From Macrostomum hystrix (lineage: Eukaryota > Animalia > Platyhelminthes): 64,000 nt of DNA. The DNA is taken from contig CATNEN010000038.1 of the NCBI GenBank assembly GCA_950097015.1, positions 10,044,001 through 10,108,000 of the forward strand. Direction: 5' to 3'. The notes below the pieces were generated by a model, which did not search any database, was not told the DNA's origin, and saw only the letters and a list, made by a program, of their open reading frames with translations. This document shows, one piece after another, positions 24,790 to 39,200 of the stretch. The position numbers were made by a program, and so were the translations under genes. Numbering within the stretch: the stretch's first letter is position 1; every line of letters begins with the position of its first letter.

Positions 24790-27629
24790 GGTTTATATTT
24801 CCTTTATTTGATTTTTTTAATTTCTCTTCGTTTTCTTTATTTTTAGTCTCTAGATAAGTTATTTATAAAGATAAGTAAAAAATTACTTTGATGCCTTGGA
24901 ATAAAAATAGAAAAAATCACTGCCTTTGCAAAGTGGAAGCAGTAGACTGAAAAAGTCAAACAAACAAAAACATGAATTGCTAAAGTTTATGATTCATTGC
25001 ATTCACAGATATTAACTAGGATATGGTGCTGTTTATACATACATATACTCGTTTTGCATATGAAACTCATTTTGCATTCGTTTTGCATAGGAAGTGTCAT
25101 ATTCATATATCATATTCAAAGAAGAAGTGCACTGACTAAGATGACCCATAGAAACAAAAAAAACATGACAAAAACTTACAAGCAATAAAAATGTATTCAC
25201 ACAGATTAAATGACTTGTAAATACAGTATTTTCAACCAAAATACCAAATCTGAATTATCTATTTTAAAGGATCAGATGCTTTGCTTGTTGTATAATTTTA
25301 CTATACCAAATGAATTTTTTATCATCTTAATAAAATATTTCTGAACTAATATATTGATTTTGGTTAATATAATGTATTAGATACCACTGTATCTTCTGCA
25401 CATAACAATTTCATGATATAAACTAACAGATGTTGCATTTTGACTTCACATTTAAGTATTTAACTTGACCTTAAATTCATTTAACTTAACATAGTTGAAC
25501 TGATCAACTATTTTTATAATTGAACAGTTATTTGTTAGGAATGTAATAGAATGCAAATATTTTAAAAAACAATAAATTACTTTTTTGTTAAGCTATTCCA
25601 AGAAGAATATTTGCTGTCTCCAGTGCCATTGCCTTACATTGTTTGAATCAATTAAACTATGTTTATATATAATTAGCTAGTTAATCAGAATATACTTAGT
25701 TACCTATTTAGACTTAGTTTGCTAACTTAGTTCCAATTTTAAGTGAAATTTACTTTTTATTCATGTATTCAAGTCTTCTATGGTTATATTTAGGAATTTT
25801 TATATTCAGGAATTCAGGTTATATTTGGGCCATATTGCCACAACATAAATGTAGAAGATATAGGAGCCTATCTGGCTATCTATCTAGTTTTCTGTGCTAA
25901 CAAGTGGGCCTGATAAATTGGCTTATTGCATTGCCATGGCATAGACATAGTTACAAAAGTCTACAAGTTAGGCCTATTAGCAAAATAGCATGGTAATTAC
26001 CAAAAAGCATGCCTAATGAGCATATGTATGTCTACATAGTGTAGTACCAAGTCTTCCACATACTTAAGGGGAATAACTGACGATCTTCTATTAGATAGCT
26101 TGGTTGGGTGGACAAGGTGGTGGCAATAGGTTTATTAGCACTTCTAATTTTACATTTCTAATCTAAAAAATGGTTTTCAGGTTTTAAGGCTTTTATTTTT
26201 AGTTGGCAAGAAAAATCATTTCTCTATAGATAATATTAGACAATAATTTTACCATTTCAGAGTAGCCTTGTTGCTATACTACATTTGACACGAATAAACA
26301 ATTCACTTTAAATTCTAATTTAGAATCAGGGTTATAGTGTAGCATCTCATCATGACCTTCCATCATACCATACTTGCTATTCCAGAAAATTCGCAGTAAA
26401 ACTACAAATTGACTTTTCAATATTTTTCTAGAAACTTCCACTCTAAGACGAAATTATCTGTAAAGCACATAATAACTATAATCAAATATCATCCATGTAA
26501 ATAACTTCATCATGCGCTTTAATATTAACGTTACATAAACTGCATTGCACCAGCTTTCCAGAATTTTCCGGAAATGCATGTTTTCATCTATAAATATAGA
26601 GCCACCATTGACGTCATTTTCTTCAACACATTGAGCTCACACTCTCATTGATAATCAACAAAAGAGAAAACCACCACCTCGCTCCTACTTTTTTGGAATC
26701 AAACCCTTACAATAGTTATATGGCAATATTTTCTCATCCATTGAGCCAGTTAGAGATGTGGCAATCTTGGTGCATGGAGGTCTTGGTCATATGGCAATTA
26801 TCATGGCCCTATGGCCCTATACCGCTATATATAGTAATTCGGATTTTCTTATCTAGCAATCAGAAAAATGAAATTTAAGATATTCAGTATATATGGCTAA
26901 TAGTGTGACTTAAAGTTTAACTCAATTAAAAAATTAATTATTAATTCAATTAGATAGGAGCTAGACTGGTTACCAGCTAGCTAGCTAACTAGCTTACCAG
27001 CTAACTAACATTGGCAGAATATATGTACTTGATTTGATTAGAAACTTGTAACATTGTACATTCATAATACTATAAGTCAATGCTTCACTAGGCACAGCTG
27101 CACAGTGACAAAAAAGCTCTGGATTTTTAATTGCTTGCATACCAAAATCCATGTTTAATTCACAAATGAGCATAGTAAATGCATTTTATTGAATAAAATG
27201 CCAAAAAACTTGTGCAGTCCACAATTGCTTGAGGTTGAGACATTGCCTGGCAGCCTGGGTAGCAAAAAGTTGGGTCTCACTGTCTCACTCAGGTGTGCAG
27301 TTTAACATGTTTGTGCATGTAGTTAAGTATGTGCAGTTCCAAACCAGTTTTTTTAATTTAGATACAAGCTTACATCCTGAGAGTCTGAGACCAACCAAAA
27401 AATAATATAGTTTCAAATTACATCCATGACTGAGAAATTTAAATAAAAAGAATTTTCTTTTGAGTCACTTGGTTCTTAAATTGGTTTAAAGATTTTAGTA
27501 CCTATGAAACAATTTTGCATGTTGCCTGTGCCTTGGGAATAAGCATATTAGATAATTTGTACTTAATTCAAAATACTGTTCTGAACTAAGTATTCATGCA
27601 TATTAAATTATTAATTATTCAGTTTTTCA

Positions 27630-28090
27630 ATCGTAACGATACAAAACTAATGGTACAAACGATATGGTCCTAATGGTACTAACGATTCTAAACAAACCTA
27701 ATCTAAAAAAGTTTATTCGTGTTAACTATCGATAAGTAATAAGGAATAAAACGAAAAACTGTTTGAGCGAAAACAAAAAGCCGTTGTTTTAAATTTAAAC
27801 TTTTTTGTTTTGATCATTGTAAAGAATAAAGCTAAAACAAAAGATTATTTAAGAAGTAAAAAGTGGTTATAGATAAAACACAAAAAATCGTTTACGTAAA
27901 CTTAACTAATTAGCGTAAAACGACATGAGAATATTTTACAGCTTGATTTGATTTTTTCGCAGAAACATTAGTCTTAAAAGTTTGAAATAGTCTCATTTTT
28001 TATATTTTATCAGTGTTGTTCGAAAGTTGTAAAACATCTACTTGTTTATTTAATTTCACACTTAGCTACGCAGGGCCTACGTTCTGTTAG
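27630..28090. promoter_or_regulatory. Candidate bidirectional promoter (CpG-retaining patch with DRE TATCGATA)
   Basis: About 17 CpGs counted by eye in ~460 bp, against about 2 in 25200-26300. TATCGATA at 27727-27734. Lies midway between the divergent ATGs at 24789 (-) and 30278 (+). Confidence 0.4.
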
Positions 28091-30277
28091 TATTTGTTAG
28101 CATTAAAATAAAGCTCAAATTATGTCACATTGGTTGCTTTGTGTAATTGTGTGTTGATAGATATCATGTCCTAGAATGTTTAAAAACGCATTGCATTTAC
28201 ACTGTTGCACATCCAGTGCAGCTTGCAGTTGCAGAACGAGAATGAGATCTCTATATTTTCATGGAGATCTCTTTTCCCTTGTGTCGGCGGCTTAGCTGAG
28301 CATTGATGTGGTTAGATAGCTCATATTTACTTATACATATTTTCTCGTTCATTTCTTTTTACTTTTAGGTTTGGCAGTGCTTATCCCCACGGCAGTTGTT
28401 ATAGCCATTTGATTATTTGCCGGTTAAATTAAAACCAAAACTTTAAGTTTTTGGTGTTGACTAAATCTCCTGCATCTTGCTATACTGAGTAAATTTGACA
28501 TTTTAAAAGCCTTAAGTTTTGAAGGGAATCAGATTCAAGGACCACTGTAGTATAACTACAGTGTAGTATAACTATTTATTTATTTATTAAATATTTATTT
28601 ACAATCTACTATTTATTAAATAAATAAATAAGTATATTAAGAGGCAAGTATATTAAGTATATTAATAAGTATATTAAGAATCTTTAAATATATTAATATT
28701 GTATGCAAAGCAAAGTATTGACTAGGCCCTAGTTCCAATGTGCGCTACCAGTAATTAGTCACTGCTTTATATAACTTAAGTTTTATAATTTGAAAATTGT
28801 CTGTACCAATTTAGACCCTATTGGAATAAGTTGACAAATTGTGTCCAACCGTCTGTTGCATTTTAAGACTTTTTGGTGTCGCGTCACATTGCAGGGCATT
28901 GTGCCGCAGGGCACCCTTTGTGGCAGGGCATAGGCCTAATTGCCATAAAGCATAGTTAGTTTGTTAGGTTATTATAGCATTTTATGTCGCATCACACTTT
29001 GGAGCCACATTTTTGACACACGTGTTGCGTATCCGCAGGTTTTTTACATTTTTTTCCTATAGGGATTGAAACTTTATAAAATTTACATAGTTGAGTTGAG
29101 TTAGTGAATATATTGGCTTAAATAATGTCACTATTTAGCCATATTGCTATTTTTGTTGTCTAGCTTAACAAAGTTAAACTTAGCCATGTTTCTAAGTAGG
29201 CCTATATAGGCCTACTTATATTGTTCACAGTAAAGTCCAACTCTTATAATTAATTTTTTCATTGTTGCATGTGATCAATACCTTTTAATGTCACAGCCGT
29301 GACTTCCACTGGCAGTATTTACAAGATTTATGAAAATCAGGTATCCATGTTTTTTATCGTTTTTTGCTGTTTGTTTCTCTTGTCTTCTTGTCTTCTTGTT
29401 TCTCTTGTCTTCTCTTTTTTATAACAAGTAAATAAACTGTACATACATACATTTTTATCTATAACCAATAAACTTAATAAATTTGTCACTTTGTATTATA
29501 ATGATAGTTGCAACTTGTAAGTTGTACAGTGTCACTTTGTCTTTACTCTGTTAAAATTTTTTTTAATGTTCTTTACTTTGTATTAATAATCTTTTTTTTC
29601 AAGCTACTTTCATTGCACAATATTTTACATTAGTTACATCTCATATAGTTATAAACAACCAAACTAAAAATTTAATTGTTTTTGATTAAACTAGCACCCT
29701 CTCCCTTAGCCAAGCACACATACCATTTTACACTTCTTCCTTATAACTTTACACTGCCTCCCTGTCCTTTCATAGGTCCCCAAAATACTATTAAAATAAT
29801 TTTATCACAAATTTATCTAATAACTGCTACGCACAGGTTTTGCACATTTGGCTAAGTCTTTTACTGTCACACAGATCATGTCACAGTGAAAAGATCATAG
29901 TCTGTCAGTCTCTAGTTTACTACTGACATCTTACAAGTGCTTAGCTTCTGCTGCTAGATGCTAGATTGACTATTGGGGTCTTACTTGGTATTAGTAGCAT
30001 TTTCTCTGGGTAGTAGAAATATTTTTGTAAATAAAATATCTCATATTAGATCATCTGGTTATTATTAAACAAGCCTTCTAAAGCCATAGAAACATTTGCA
30101 GATTTCATGCCATTTTACAAATCCTAATGCAGTATTATAATACATACTGTTTCAGATAGCTGAAGTTATTCCATAGCCTGGTATATCACATCTACCAAGT
30201 TCTACACACTTTTGTTGATTAACAATAATTAACAATTATTTTTGCCTCTATCTAAGCAGCTCACATATTTGGAAATA

Positions 30278-33200
30278 ATGTTGCTGGCGCTGTTGCTATT
30301 AGCAACACTATTAGCGTCATCAAACAGTTTGGATGCTAACCAAATTGGTGGCTGTCATGTGCGTCAGGACATCATTAGTTATCGTGTAACCAAATCACAA
30401 ACAAAAGAATGTGGTATCTGCCTAACTGAACAGTTGTTTAAGCAAACTGGGCAAATGCTTAATATTGCTATTGTCATGCATGGCTACCTGCCTGGTCCAC
30501 CGGCTGGTACCACCATTGATAAACCTAGCGTGCTGCACTTTAATGCTACTGGTAAGTTTGCATACTTTTAAGTCATATCGTGTTATTTTAAGACCAATTT
30601 TGTCCCACAATTTTGATACTTCTCATATATCAGTCAAATGTATGATATAGAGGGATTTTATCTTTTTTAATTATAAAGCTTAGGATTATGAAGCTCATGG
30701 ATTGTTATAGTCCTTGGACATTGCTGAGTCTGAGATTATGAAACTCATAGTTCTTGGAGAACTTCATAAGATTATGAAGCTAATTGAGTTAATTTTGATA
30801 AATATGACATTATAGAAGCCAACTAATAGTTCAGATTCAGTTTAACGAAATTCCCCTATTTGGCCTAGACTAGCTATATACTTGTATCCAACCAGGGAAA
30901 CCAGTTCACACATCTGGTGCGCCTATCGTCGCCAGGTTGTTTCAGCTTTTCGATTCCTCTATGAAAAAAATTATATTAGCTTGCAGCACACGGCGGGTAC
31001 TTCGGTTTTCGGTGCATTGCCGTGCTCTTTGCTGACTGAATTTGTAGCGAAATCTCTCTCTCTCTCTCTCCCTTGCTTTTGCTGGTGCAGCCTGTCAGCT
31101 GTATAGGATCGGCTTGGATATTGCAATGTAGCCAATGCAATTCTGGTTCAGCCTTAAAAAGGAAGTGTCTCCTTTGCTGTTCAAAAACTAAGGGAGACGT
31201 TTATTAGCCCAGTTGTTCGTTTAAGCTCATTAGATACTGGCGACATCCTAGGTCTCTGTAAATGCTAGAAGGCTGTTTGTTAAACAGAGATTACCGGCCT
31301 GTTAAGATTAGATTGAAGGTACCCACATGACGAGCATGGATACATACAGTGTTTGTTCGCACGCTTTTATAAAGCAAGATAGCAATAGCACTCGAGAATA
31401 GTAATGTCTTATTAAATCTATACTTTCATAGTCTGTGTTGTGCTTCTGCTGCTGCTGCTGCTGCTGTTGCTGACTGCTTATTGTGACTAATCATTGTTTT
31501 CTTACATCTTGTACTTTGAATGCAATGTTGTTTGACATAGATCTTTCGCTTTCTGTGGCATATTTGTGTTAATATAAGCTATAAGTTTCGGCTTTGTGTC
31601 TTTGTTATGTTCAATCATAATAGTTTGTTAGACTTCTAAGTTTCTCATTGTGTCAGTTATTCAGATCTGTCAGTCATTCAGATCTGTCAGTTTCTCATTG
31701 TGTCAGTCATTCAGATCTGTCAGTTTCTCATTGTGTCAGTCATTCAGATCTGTCAGTTTCTCATTGTGTCAGTCATTCAGATCTGTCAGTTTCTCATTGT
31801 GTCAGTCATTCAGATCTGTCAGTTTCTCATTGTGTCAGTCATTCAGATCTGTCAGTTTCTCATTGTGTCAGTCATTCAGATCTGTCAGTTTCTCATTGTG
31901 TCAGTCATTCAGATCTGTCAGTTTCTCATTGTGTCAGTCATTCAGATCTGTCAGTTTCTCATTGTGTCAGTCATTCAGATCTGTCAGTTTCTCATTGTGT
32001 CAGTCATTCAGATCTGTCAGTTTCTCATTGTGTCAGTCATTCAGATCTGTCAGTTTCTCATTGTGTTAGTCATTCAGATCTGTCAGTTTCTCATTGTGTC
32101 AGTCATTGTATTATTATTGTATACTTAATGTCAAATGTTGCTGAAAACTGCAACTATTTCCCAACAATTTCATCAGTAAGTTGAAAAGCTACAAGCAACA
32201 CAGTTATAATATAAAATAATATATTTCTAGTCAGTACTGTTTTATTAAGTTGGATTCAGCCAATTGATAGTTTGTTTAGCTTCTGTGGCACTTGAACTCA
32301 TCTAAGCTTGCTTGTGCTAAGCAATAGTCTTTTTAATTCAGGCTGGTTAGGAAGGGTTCGTGTTGAATCACAATCGGGTCACCGCGTGCAATACTAAGCA
32401 CAGTTAAGTGGGTATAAAGATTGTTTTTATAGAATTAAGTAAGCCAAAGTAGCTCTATTTCCACTTACTCTTTTACGTAGTGGAATAGGTGAGGTCAGAA
32501 CTAGTTTATTTTGTTATCTTGTGTGCGTGTGTGTTTTTTTCTGAGCTTCTCGTATTTTTCTCTGACCAGTTCTTGCAATTGTGGCGCTTCATATATATTC
32601 ACCCGCCTAACCAGCGTGTTGTGGCAGTTTTTAGAGGTCAGCATTAATTTAAATCTCTGGTTTCTATGATGCTGGCCCTAGTATTCTGTACTTTGTACTA
32701 CCAAGTCCGCCTCCCATTGCCAAAGAGGTGCCGAAGAAAATAAGAAAGAATTTTCTTCATCTCTATAGGCGCGAACTTGTACTTGAAAATAACAGGCGAT
32801 GAGGAAGGAAAATGGGATAGGGATTCTGCGCACTCGGTGAACGCGGCTATTTCTTCCCCTCCGTCCGCTTTCCCATAGCTGTGGCCCCATTTCTTATAAT
32901 CTAGGAATGTGCAGTAAGTTGTACTCGCATACACACACACACACTAGCTGGACATTCCCTGCAAAATCCCGACTAGGGGTCTAGAATCGGTTTCTTTTCT
33001 TTTCTACTCTTCACCCCTCCCCCTGAAGACCTCTGGGATTTTGGGGTGGGGGGCAGGCAATTTATGATCCCCGAGAATTCGGCCTCTTCTATTCGTGCCA
33101 GTTTTTCCGCTTTCATCCCTCCGATTTTCATTTCGCCTGGACAATGATGTTAAGAAGCGCTCTGCCTGCCTGCCTGGGTACAGGGCTGTGATAGAGAAAG

Positions 33201-36200
33201 GAAAGAACACATGGGATAGGAAGGGGAGGGAATTTCATCCTTCCTTCTTCTACTCCCAGTTGCAATCTTGCCTGCCTTTGCTGCTTTGCCCCACCCCCCA
33301 CCCCACAAGCCTTTCCTGCCCGCTGGCCGCTTCTTCTCACTGCCGCACTAATGAACGACCTTGGCCGATCCGACACCTACCCCGCCGCCCTTGCAACGTG
33401 ACTCTCGCATGCAGCCTCTCTTGGATCACAGTCACATGACTGCCTGCGTTGGTACCTCTCTTTCCATTTCTTCCTTTCCTAATACTAAACTTACCCGCTC
33501 GCCAATTGCAAAACTTAGAGCACCGCGTGTCCTCCTAGCTCTGGCTGCACTAGTGCTAGAGCACTCCTGGTCTTATTTTTTCCAGGAATCCTCGTGATAC
33601 AGACCCGTCCGAGCCATGTTGTTTAACGCTTCTGGGCCTGTGCCAGAAAATTTGAATCTATGCTTACAATCACTTAGTCCCTTGTCTGTGCTATTCCTAC
33701 TGGTTCATAAACTATGGACTTGATTTTAGTATACGAGAAACATTTAGCCATTGACTTTAAGGTGCGATTTCAGTTCATGCGCGGCAGTAGGCCATAGAGT
33801 ATAGAGTATAGACTATAGGTTTAATTTAAGTACACGCTAGATAGTTGGCCACAGGATATTTGAATTAAGCACACGAGTAACAGGTCTATAGACTTTAGGT
33901 GCGATTTTAGTACACGCGAGACAGTGGGCCATAGACTATGTGCGATTTCAATGCAAGCGAGACAGTAAGCCATAGACTTAATGTTCGATTTCAATACACG
34001 CGAGACAGTGAGCCATAGACTTAATGTGCGATTTCAATGCAAGCGAGACAATGGGCCATAGACTATAAGTGCGATTTCAATACACGCGAGACAATGGGCC
34101 ATAGACTATAAGTGCGATTTTAATTCACACGAGACAATGGGCCATAGACTATAAGTGCCATTTCAATACACACGAGACAATGGGCCATAGACTATAAGTG
34201 CCATTTCAATACACACGAGACAATGGGCCATAGACTATAAGTGCCATTTCAATACACACGAGACAATGGGCCATAGACTATAAGTGCCATTTCAATACAC
34301 ACGAGACAATGGGCCATAGACTATAAGTGCGATTTCAATACACGCTAGACAGCCGGCAGTATTGCTAGGCCATAGACAAAGTTCTTTCGAAAATATATAC
34401 TTCTGGCGTGTACTGAAATGTTTTCGATTTCATCGCTCCGTTGCCCTACGATTTTATAGACAAACTAGAATTTTTTTGTGTACATATTGGATCACACATG
34501 CGCAACTCCCGGCCGACCCGGCCGATCCGGCCGGGTGACGAGCGGCCGAGCAAGGTAAGTCGCAAAAATGGCCACCCGAGAAAAAAATCGGACAGAAAAA
34601 AACGAGCGGAAAAAAAGAAAAGAAGGCAGGAAAAGGAGGAAAGCAGAGAAAGGAAAGAAGAAAGGAAGGAAAGCAAATGGGGAAAGAAGCAAAAACGTGC
34701 CAAAATCTGCAATCAGAGGCAACTTAGTCGCATTCCAAGGGAAGTAAGTCGCAATCAGAGGGAAGTAAGTCGCAATCAGAGGAAGTAAGTCGCATTCCAA
34801 GGTAAGTAAGTCGCAATCAGAGGGGGCTAAGTCGCATTCAGAGGGAAGTAAGTCGCAATCAGAGGGAAGTAAGTCGCATTCAGAGGGAAGTAAGTCGCAA
34901 TCAGAGGGAAGTAAGTCGCAATCAGAGGGAAGTAAGTCGCATTCAGAGGGAAGTAAGTCACATTCAGGGGGAGGTAAGTCGCAATCAGATTTATTACAGT
35001 GCATTAAACTTATAGGGATAGGAACTGAAGTTACTGAACTCAAAAAAGTCCACTCTGCAAGTCCGAATGTGAGTCTTCTATATCACCTGGAAGATCCGAT
35101 TGGACAAGCAGGGAAGCAGCTTGACGGGCGACGCCACGCAGCTGACCTCACCAATTTCATTCACGCCGACGATCGAGTCGCCAGAGTGCACTCTGCTGCC
35201 AGCGGAAGACTAATTAGATGACGAGGCATTTTAGTATTGCAACACAGTCATAGTTACCCCTGCCGTTTACTCAGATAAAAAATTTGGGCATAGGTATGTC
35301 GCATTTTTTTAAAAAACGAAGTCGCACGGCCGGTGTAAATTTGGGAGGTTGCGCATGTATGTATTGGATGGCAGAAAAAGCTGCGATTTTTACTTAGGAT
35401 TTGCAGTCGAGGCAAACCAGTTTTTTCTAAAATGATCAATAGCGCACGATCTGTTATTGAAGCCAGACTAGTTTCTGAGAAGATCAGCAATGGGGGCTTC
35501 GCTGGTTTTTTGAGTCCAGTGACATTGCCTTAGAATAACAAAAACTAACACAGCTGAATAGATAGAAAGTGCGAGAATTTGGTGCGCCTGACCTTTTCTG
35601 TTTTGTTTTCAAGTTAGTTAGCATATATTGTGGTTGGCTTATTGCCAATTTTCCATAATACACTTTTTGGCTCTTTACTTAGAATGCCTTTTAAAATATA
35701 GGTTAGATGATGAAGCACTTGTTCTTCCCCTTCAGGAGCCTTTGGCTTTGACCTTCAGGACCTCTTTTTCTACATCTTTAGTACTGCGCTGTCCTTCCTC
35801 AAGACCCTGTTGTCCTTCACCTTCTTGACTCACCTGTTCTTAATTTGCCCTAATAATAATTGCAGGAGGGATGCGGGCAATGGCGCATCATTTGGTGACA
35901 CTAGACCCACAGCCAGCGAAGAGGCAATTTCGCTCACACAGGTGTGTACATCTGCTTTGACTTTCTCGTCGTCAGGCAGTGTACACTCTCACTGTGCCTT
36001 GTAGTTTGGCCCTCATGGGCGTAAATTGTACGGCAAGCCCCCAAAGCCTTCTCTTGGCTGCGCCCCAACAAAAATCGGGCCTCACAGCGGAATCGACGCG
36101 TTAGCCACTCACCCCCTCTGTAAAATGTAAGTATTAATCTAAGATGGTGCCATTGTTACTCCAGGCTTCGCGGAGTTTCGCGGCGAGAAGCTGATCCTGA

Positions 36201-39200
36201 TGATCGCCAGCACAAAAACTCGCCGCTACATGAAGCTACACATTGAAGATGTTGCAGCTTTAAAAGTGCCGTTGGAATTGTTTCACAACTTTGATGACGG
36301 CTACCTCAGCGTTGAATCTTCGCAGTCTGGCCAGCCGACTCTGATCCACCGCGTCACGGATAGTTTGGACGGCTTACTTAAATCACGCCAAAAGATGAAA
36401 GAAATTCGACCGAAGGCCTATCTGGGATCCGTTATCGTTATTCCCTACACTATGCACATGCCCGAGGCTAGATTTAGCCGGGTACCCGGCCGGTACGATG
36501 ACCCACCGCTGGTTGCTAGCGAAGCCGGCTGTACTTCCAAACCTAAATATGTTATGCAATCGCCATTGCTGAATCATTTTGGTCTGATAGATTGGAATCC
36601 CAAGCCTGTTCAACTGTTTGACTCGCACGGACCTATGGCCGAGCCTTTCTGCCGCCTCGATTCATCTACTGGCGTTATTGCTTTGCATTTTATCAACGGT
36701 CAGCCTAGCGTTGGCATGGCAACCATTGTTGTTCGCCTAGTTGGCGCCAATTCAACTTTAGCCCTGCTAGCCGACACTGGAGCTGGTTGTCCGCGGCAGA
36801 TCCGGCTGATGGCGGACAGGTCACCCTTGGCTCCGCCGACTACGCCGATGATAAATTCGACCTCCGCAGCTCTGCCCAGCCTGACGGTATGGCACAACTG
36901 CAAGCGAAACTTGACCAAGATCTGGGCTGAGGCGTCGCTTTTAGAAGCTCTAGGCGGTGTTGGCGGTCTGGAGATCGCCTACCTGCCAGGCCTGAAGTTA
37001 AGAGACTTGCAGCCAATGCTGCTTCGGAACTACATCATTAGGGACTCCGTTATGGGCGACGAACTGGTGAGTGGCATATTTTTATGATTTCTAGTATGGG
37101 ATCTGAGATAATTTCTTAAGTGACATTCAATGATGCTTAATCTGCGAGATTTGAGAATGCTTCCAGGTTGGGCTTGTGACAAAAATGATTACTTTATTTA
37201 TGAAACTTTACAAGACTAAGATAAGACAGGCGAGAGATAAGACAAAGAAGATATGAGATTGCGGAGAGATAAGTTTGGGAGAGATAAAACAGCAGCGGAG
37301 ATATAAGACACGTGAGAGATGAGACACTGCAGAGATGAGACACGTGAGAGATGAGACACTACAGAGATGAGACACTACAGAGATGCGACACTGCAGAGAT
37401 GAGACACTGCAGAGATGAGACACTGCAGAGATGAGACAATGCAGAGATGAGACACTGCAGAGATGAGACACTACAGAGATGAGACACTGCAGAGATGAGA
37501 CACTGCAGAGATGAGACACTGCAGAGATGAGACACTACAGAGATGAGACACTACAGAGATGAGACACTGCAGAGATGAGACACTACAGAGATGAGACACT
37601 GCAGAGATGAGACACTGCAGAGATAAGACACTACAGAGATGAGACACTGGAGAGATGAGACACTGCAGAGATGAGACACTGCAGAGATGAGACACTGCAG
37701 AGATGAGACACTGCAGAGATGAGACACTGCAGAGATAAGACACTACAGAGATGAGACACTACAGAGATGAGACACTGCAGAGATGAGACACTGCAGAGAT
37801 GAGACACTGCAGAGATGAGACACTGCAGAGATGAGACACTTCAGAGATGAGACACTGCAGAGATGAGACACTGCAGAGATGAGACACTGCAGAGATGAGA
37901 CACTGCAGAGATGAGACACTACAGAGATGAGACACTGCAGAGATGAGACACTACAGAGATGAGACACTGCAGAGATGAGACACTACAGAGATGAGACACT
38001 GCAGAGATGAGACACTGCAGAGATGAGACACTGCAGAGATGAGACACTACAGAGATGAGACACTGCAGAGATGAGACAATGCAGAGATGAGACACTGCAG
38101 AGATCAGACACGTGAGATATGAGACACTACAGAGATGAGACACTGCATAGGCGGAGAGTTTTAAAAATTTCTATCTGTTTCGTGTTTCGTTTAAAGCCAT
38201 CTTTTTCGCCTTCTATTTTCAAAGCAAATTAAAAAAATCTACCTCGCTTTGGAACGGATGTGTGCCTTGGAAACCGTTATGGAATGTTCTCTATTGTTTA
38301 CGGAATTGCGCCTGAAGCCCTCTAAAGGCTTATCACAAGGTGTTGCCAGAATATAGCCAAGTGCCATATGCTAGTACTCATACGCGTAATCCTCTTTTGT
38401 TTCGGGGCAGAAGAGTTTTTTAGGATAGAGTACGCACAATTGGCCGACCTTTTCCTAATTCAATCCTATGCGATTTGCAATTCAAAAAATCTGTCGGCTT
38501 AAAATCTCCCGTTTTTTATAGCCTGTTGTTTCCGCTTTTTTGTCTTCCATTCCATTCCGGCTTAGCGTGATTTGATTTTGAGTTGTTTGCTGACGATTCT
38601 CTTAGGTCTGTTAAAGGTCGATTAGTTCTCTTTTTTGACTTCGATTTCGTTCTGTATTTCTTGGAAACTGTTCTTCATTTGACAACAGAGACAGATATGT
38701 TGGTTACTTCCATTCGACAGTTTAGGGTGAGGTTTTGGTTACTTCAATTCGACAGTTTAGGGTGAGGTTTTGGTTACTTCCATTCGACAGTTTAGGGTGA
38801 GGTTTTGGTTACTTCCATTCGACAGTTTAGGGTGAGGTTTTGGTTACTTCCATTCGACAGTTTAGGGTGAGGTTTTGGTTACTTCCATTCGACAGTTTAG
38901 GGTGAGATTCAGGCTTACTTCCATTCGACAGTTTAGGGTGAGATTTTGGTTATTTCCATTCAACAGTTTCGGGTGAGATTTTGGTTACTTCCATTCGACA
39001 GTTTCGGGTGAGATTCAATTCGACAGTTTAGAGTGAGATTCAGGCTTACTTCAATTCGACAGTTTAGAGTGATATTCAGGCTTCAATTCGACAGTTTAGG
39101 GTGAGATTCAGGCTTACTTCCATTCGACAGTTTAGAGTGAGATTCAGGCTTCCATTCGACAATTTAGAGTGAGATTCAGGCTTCAATTCGACAGTTTAGA

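Noticed and set aside
32680-33620. GC-richer intronic segment with several short ORFs and a minus-strand GTAAGT donor near 33490
   Set aside because: No coherent exon chain or recognisable protein or element could be supported from sequence alone.
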